NCBI GenBank assembly: GCA_048940445.1
Contig: JBHLON010000011.1
Location: forward strand, 1 to 64,000
Direction of reading: 5' to 3'
DNA from: Promethearchaeota archaeon
GTDB taxonomy: Archaea > Asgardarchaeota > Lokiarchaeia > Sigyniarchaeales > SOKP01
DNA: 64,000 nucleotides
The notes beneath the pieces were generated by a model. That model made no database searches, was not told where the DNA came from, and saw only the letters and a list, made by a program, of their open reading frames with translations. Of this stretch, positions 59,461-64,000 are shown piece after piece; within the stretch, counting starts at the first letter, position 1; each line of letters opens with the position of its first letter. A program made the position numbers and the translations under genes.

Positions 59461-60156
59461 TTAGATAAAATTCTTAATTGCTTCTATTAATCTAAAGGGA
59501 ATACCTTTCGGTTTGATTATAAAGTCTGCTTTTTTATACATATTTGATTCAAAATAAGTTGATAGTTTTGTATAGATAAGAATAGAATGAGCTCCAATGT
59601 TTAGAGCAGCTTCAATATCCCTTTCCATATCTCCAATGACCAAGATCTCAAGAGGATTTACTGAAAGGTTTTTACAGATAAGATTTAAATGATCTGGATG
59701 CGGTTTAGGATTATCTATATTGTCTCGACCTGCAATCATTTCGAAATAGTGTAACAAATTAACCTTCTTAAGAGACATTTCGGCATTTTCTTTTGTGTTA
59801 TAAGTAAAAATTGCTTGCTTAAGATGATTGACTTTAACGAACTCTAAAACTTTATTTATTCCTTTAACCATTGTAGCCTTTAATGCAGCTTTGTATTCTA
59901 TTTTAGCGATAGCTGAATTTGCTTCTTCCATTATTTCTTTTAATTTAACTTTAGAAAATTCTTTTGATTTAAAAAAATCTTTAGCGATTTGCACATTGTC
60001 TAATGCTTTTAACTCTGTACTAAGTAGGTTCTCAGGAACTCCATACTTAATGAAAATTTTAATAGCTTCTTTTCGAGCTTTTATAAAGTCAATTTTAAAG
60101 TGGATTAGTGTTCCATCCAAATCCCAAATTATTGCTTTAATAGGCCTTTTTAACAT
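59461..60156 (-). CDS. HAD phosphatase (phosphoglycolate phosphatase-like)
   Basis: WDLDGTL, KPHP and IGD...DIEAA motifs. Confidence 0.88.
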   Translation of the reverse strand: MLKRPIKAIIWDLDGTLIHFKIDFIKARKEAIKIFIKYGVPENLLSTELKALDNVQIAKDFFKSKEFSKVKLKEIMEEANSAIAKIEYKAALKATMVKGINKVLEFVKVNHLKQAIFTYNTKENAEMSLKKVNLLHYFEMIAGRDNIDNPKPHPDHLNLICKNLSVNPLEILVIGDMERDIEAALNIGAHSILIYTKLSTYFESNMYKKADFIIKPKGIPFRLIEAIKNFI

Positions 60157-60729
60157 TTAATAAACCAAATCTGAATATATTGGACCTTGAGGAGTCAATT
60201 CTGACTCCTTTAATTTTACTTTATTTACATCAAAGATACCAAATTCAAGGTTTCTATTTTCTTGAATTATTTTTTTAAATGTATTAAAATTCTTATAGTT
60301 GATATTATTGGATTTTAACCTTCCAATAGTTAAATGTGCAGTAAACTGTTTTCTTCGATCTCGAGGAATATTTAACTTCCGATTTAACAACTCTTCAACA
60401 TTATCTTTAATGTTTTGCAAAAACTGGATATCCCCAATAAGTTTGATCCATAGTACTGAATAGCGATTAAATTGACCAACACCTTTCAGTTTATATTCAA
60501 AACTTTGACCTTTAAAGAAAGGTTCATTTATTTCTTCTTTTAAAATAGCATAAATTTTTGGAGCTAGAGATTCAGGAATATTTCCTAAGAATTTAACTGT
60601 AATATGTAAATTATTAGGTTCTACAAACTTAATTTTCGGTTGATTTTGTTTTAATCTTGAACAAAATGACACAATTTCTTGAATTGTAACTTCGTCTCTT
60701 AACTCTATTGCGATGAACGATCGTATCAT
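60157..60729 (-). CDS. thpR: RNA 2',3'-cyclic phosphodiesterase / 2'-5' RNA ligase
   Basis: R.FIAIEL, LHITVKFLG, HLTIGR, S.LTP.GPIY. Confidence 0.93.
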   Translation of the reverse strand: MIRSFIAIELRDEVTIQEIVSFCSRLKQNQPKIKFVEPNNLHITVKFLGNIPESLAPKIYAILKEEINEPFFKGQSFEYKLKGVGQFNRYSVLWIKLIGDIQFLQNIKDNVEELLNRKLNIPRDRRKQFTAHLTIGRLKSNNINYKNFNTFKKIIQENRNLEFGIFDVNKVKLKESELTPQGPIYSDLVY

Positions 60730-60735
60730 AAACTT

Positions 60736-61890
60736 TCAATTCCCTTTTATTTGATTCCAATAAGAATATATTCTCCAATGCTTCGTTGATATTTTACTTT
60801 TTTGTTCTGGAATTAAATGAATTTCTTTTAAATCATTTAAATTTTTTGATTGAATAATTTTAATAATATCCTCCAAAAACATAGTAAGCATTTTAGCTCT
60901 AGTGGTAGCATCTGCACTTGCATTATGAGGCATAAGTAAAATTCTTAATTCGGGATATAATTTTTTAATTTTCTTAAATCTATTTAGAGTTTCTTGTTCA
61001 ATTGGCTCGATGGGAAAAACATCAAAAGAAAGATTAATTTTAATCGTTCCTCCTTCTAAAAGGTCTAATAATGCATTAAGGTCAAGAACTTGCCCTCGAG
61101 AGGTATTTACTAAAAGGGCATCTTTTTTCATTAATTTTAACAATTTTTTATTTATAATTTTTTCTGTGTATTTATTTAATGGAATATGAAGAGTTATTAT
61201 ATCTGCTTCTCTAAAGAGATCTTCTAGATTACTTTTAAATTCAATATTCGGATAACTTTTTTCAAAGTTATCCATACGCTGAACATCATTATAGATTAAC
61301 CTCAAACCCCAAGAATATAATCGTTTCACTAGTTCTTTGCCAATCTCTCCTAAACCTACAATACCAATGACTTTATTTGAAATACTTGAAGTTAAATTTT
61401 GATCTAAGTCCCATTTATTAATTGATGACCATTTACCGCTCCAAACATAATTATGGAGGTCAACTAAATTTCTGAAATTAGCCATAATTGAGGCAATCGT
61501 ATAATCTGCGACAGTTTCATGAAGTACTCCTGGAGTGTGAGTAATGATGATATCCTCCTTCTCAGTTTTTTGTATATGGTTATATCCTGCAGTGCTAGTA
61601 CACACTGCAATAATGTTCGAATTGTTTAGAATATTCGAAGGAATTAAATGACTTAAGTGGCATGCTACTATATCAGGATTAAATTCTTGAATATTTTGTT
61701 GAATTTCAATTTCATCAGGAAACCTACCCTCATACATCTTTATTTCAGATATATCTTTTAATCTTTTCCATAATGATCTAATATGTTCCCTACTGCCTTG
61801 ATCTATTTTATTATTAAAACCAATTTCTGACAGAGAGAAAACATTTGAAGTAAAATATACTTTTGGCTTAATAACCATATTAGTAACCAA
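60736..61890 (-). CDS. D-isomer-specific 2-hydroxyacid dehydrogenase
   Basis: GLGEIG, LHIPL, NTSRG, DVF..EP and PHNAS motifs. Confidence 0.9.
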   Translation of the reverse strand: MVTNMVIKPKVYFTSNVFSLSEIGFNNKIDQGSREHIRSLWKRLKDISEIKMYEGRFPDEIEIQQNIQEFNPDIVACHLSHLIPSNILNNSNIIAVCTSTAGYNHIQKTEKEDIIITHTPGVLHETVADYTIASIMANFRNLVDLHNYVWSGKWSSINKWDLDQNLTSSISNKVIGIVGLGEIGKELVKRLYSWGLRLIYNDVQRMDNFEKSYPNIEFKSNLEDLFREADIITLHIPLNKYTEKIINKKLLKLMKKDALLVNTSRGQVLDLNALLDLLEGGTIKINLSFDVFPIEPIEQETLNRFKKIKKLYPELRILLMPHNASADATTRAKMLTMFLEDIIKIIQSKNLNDLKEIHLIPEQKSKISTKHWRIYSYWNQIKGN

Positions 61891-61937
61891 TTATATTGAG
61901 AATAAGAATTTTACTTAAGAGAAAGTAGAAAAAGAAA

Positions 61938-62900
61938 TTAGCGTTTTATTTTTTCTGGAAGATAAAATTCATATGGTTTTTTAAGCAATTTAGTTTTTAG
62001 GAACCGATCGAATCTCCTCACGCTTTGGAAAATTACCCATATATTTTTATCGCTTTTATAGTATTTTTGAACTTCCTCAAGAGTTATGGGTTCAATGTTA
62101 AATGTATTTGCTTCTTCTTTAAAAAAGTTATTAATAAGTTTAATTAGCTCAGGAATTAATTCAGATTTTTGTTCTTTGAAGAAATTGGCTATAAGATCAA
62201 TAGAAACTTTTCTTAAATCATAATACCTACCAACAGTCTCTTCAAGAAAAAGTGCTTTTAATAACCATCTTAAGAAAGAGGGAGCGCTTTTTAGAAAAAG
62301 TTCTGCTTGCATCGCCTCTTTCCCATTAATTCTAAACATAGGAGTACTTGTATCTAAATAGTACAATTTTGTATCTTTATTCACTCTTGGATGATTTACA
62401 TCATAGTTGATAATTGCAAAATTAGAGATCTGGCCATCAAGTCCTAAATCGATAGATTTATTTTTTCTACTAAATTTCCATACTTTCTTTAATTCCTTCA
62501 TGGCTAAGAGAACGAAAGTTTCTATATCTTCCTTATCAATGTGATGAATCACTCTATTCCCAATTGAATTAGAGTCAATTTTTTCTTGAATACAATAGAA
62601 TTGAATATTCCCTTTGTGGTCTTTAAACCAAGCGACATCATAATCAGGAATATTTAATCCCACCTCATCTTTAAGTAATCGATTATAGTTCCTATAAGCC
62701 CATATATGGCGTTTTACTTGTTCTTTATTGTCAAAAATAGGAATCCTCTTGTAAGCTAAATGCATTGGATCATCTAAAATTTCGAAAACCAAACTGATTT
62801 CTCCAAAACCTAATATCTTTATTGGAACTCTTCCCCTTTCTGGATGAACCGTGTCAATGAATTTCTCTAGGTTCTTTAGAAGGTTAATATCTATTTTCAA
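61938..62900 (-). CDS. DUF6206-like kinase-fold hypothetical protein
   Basis: LGFGEIS, AYKR, DGQISNF and Y.DTSTP motifs. Confidence 0.6.
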   Translation of the reverse strand: MKIDINLLKNLEKFIDTVHPERGRVPIKILGFGEISLVFEILDDPMHLAYKRIPIFDNKEQVKRHIWAYRNYNRLLKDEVGLNIPDYDVAWFKDHKGNIQFYCIQEKIDSNSIGNRVIHHIDKEDIETFVLLAMKELKKVWKFSRKNKSIDLGLDGQISNFAIINYDVNHPRVNKDTKLYYLDTSTPMFRINGKEAMQAELFLKSAPSFLRWLLKALFLEETVGRYYDLRKVSIDLIANFFKEQKSELIPELIKLINNFFKEEANTFNIEPITLEEVQKYYKSDKNIWVIFQSVRRFDRFLKTKLLKKPYEFYLPEKIKR

Positions 62901-63130
62901 TTTTAAATCACTATATACAAATAAATAAAACTTACATCTCTAAACTATATAAAATTAACTTATCTAACCATAGGGTTTTCAAAATAATAAGAGAATTTGA
63001 GATTAGAGATTAGAATTTTATATTGATAAGAACATAAAAGGCTTTTTACTATTTGAATTCATAAATCTACTCCATCAAGATTAAAAGTAATGATAAATAA
63101 AATCTTTCATTAAATATTTTCGTAATTAAT

Positions 63131-63715
63131 ATGAAAGAAATAGCTAATCAAATCTCATTAGCAATTGAATTTAATCTCAATACTGGTTTATCGGCAAATA
63201 GAAAATCAATTAAAAGACTACTTTCTGATATGGAAGGAATGTACTTTGATGATGAAAAGTTAACCGAGATGGTAAAAAAAAAAGATATTATGGTATATGA
63301 GTTCTATGATTTGGGAATACCACGTGAATCTAACCAACTAGCTTATGGGACTTCTATTCTTTATCCTGGTAAAGTGGGAACTGAATATTTCATGACAAAA
63401 GGACATTTTCATTCAAAAATCAACTTAGCTGAAATTTATTATTGCATTAAAGGTCATGGTTATCTTTTAATGGAGTCCCTTGTGGGTGATGTAGAAATCC
63501 AGGAAATGAAACCAGGAATATCTGTATATGTACCACCTGAATTTGCTCACAGGAGTATTAATATATCTAGTAAAGAACCTTTAATTTCATTCTTTACTGT
63601 CAGAGCAGATGCAGGGCATGATTATAAAACTATTGAAACCAAAGGTTTTAGAAAATTAGTTATTGAAGAACATGGAAAACCAAAAATCATTGATAATCCT
63701 AAATGGCAATCTTAA
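63131..63715 (+). CDS. pgiA: Cupin-type glucose-6-phosphate isomerase
   Basis: PGKVG.EYFMTKGHFH, E.Y, HRSIN, AGHDY. Confidence 0.88.
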   Translation: MKEIANQISLAIEFNLNTGLSANRKSIKRLLSDMEGMYFDDEKLTEMVKKKDIMVYEFYDLGIPRESNQLAYGTSILYPGKVGTEYFMTKGHFHSKINLAEIYYCIKGHGYLLMESLVGDVEIQEMKPGISVYVPPEFAHRSINISSKEPLISFFTVRADAGHDYKTIETKGFRKLVIEEHGKPKIIDNPKWQS

Positions 63716-63815
63716 ATTAGCAAATAAATCATTAGTTTTTAATTTAAAAAAATAAAATTATACTTAAAGTTACTACATTAAATTGTCAATAGAAGTTTAC
63801 GGGGAAGAGTTATTA

Positions 63816-64000
63816 ATGGCACGTCCTCTATGGTTTGTTCAACTATTAAAGAAAATGTTTCCTAATGTAAAATTTATCGCAAAGTTAACCAGATTCCCTA
63901 TACTTGGTAAAATTTTTGACTTTTTACTGTTTAAGGAAGATGAAATTATTTATTTACCTCTAGACAAAATTGTTGAAGTAAACGAAGAAATTGAAAAACA
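63816..64000 (+). CDS. N-terminal part of a protein running off the window (possibly 4Fe-4S ferredoxin family)
   Basis: Open frame MARPLWFVQLLKKMFPNVKFIAKLTRFPILGKIFD... continues to the window end. Confidence 0.55.
   Translation, partial: MARPLWFVQLLKKMFPNVKFIAKLTRFPILGKIFDFLLFKEDEIIYLPLDKIVEVNEEIEK

Noticed and set aside
383-60160. Short antisense/overlapping ORFs in the track (e.g. 383..655, 1095..1379, 21452..21940, 40452..40637, 51653..51856, 59828..60160)
   Set aside because: Shadows of well-supported genes or repeats, with no motifs or RBS.
60157-60729. thpR as the ligase for the putative intron
   Set aside because: Archaeal BHB splicing uses RtcB; thpR is widespread and 38 kb away.
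1-64000. Genome-wide UGA reassignment
   Set aside because: Ordinary genes such as purS, purQ and the alpha/beta hydrolase end at TGA at the expected family length.

Overview
AT-rich archaeal chromosomal window, most likely Asgard (Lokiarchaeia). This is inferred from two gelsolin-like proteins, a Rab-like small GTPase, a tailed histone, archaeal uS13-uS4-uS11, a longin-like membrane protein and UGA/selenocysteine recoding. Most of the window is housekeeping and metabolism (purC, purSQL, nadE, serS, cofC, thpR, cupin PGI), transporters, regulators and accessory hydrolases. Two features are missed by the ORF track. (1) A small CdrS/CopG-like ribbon-helix-helix gene (22192..22383) is interrupted by a 30-nt, stop-containing insert that folds into a bulge-helix-bulge (BHB)-like splicing motif. 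Cutting at the canonical BHB positions restores the motif HVPEAYLRG exactly, so this is a candidate endonuclease-spliced intron in an Asgard protein-coding mRNA. (2) An hdrA-vhuD(mvhD)-frhB-like operon carries four in-frame UGA codons at cysteine-ligand positions. Only one eukaryote-like AUGA/GA SECIS candidate was found, and its AUGA overlaps the vhuD UGA stop codon. No rRNA, tRNA, CRISPR array or transposase was recognised. All product calls come from motif recognition by eye; no searches were run.
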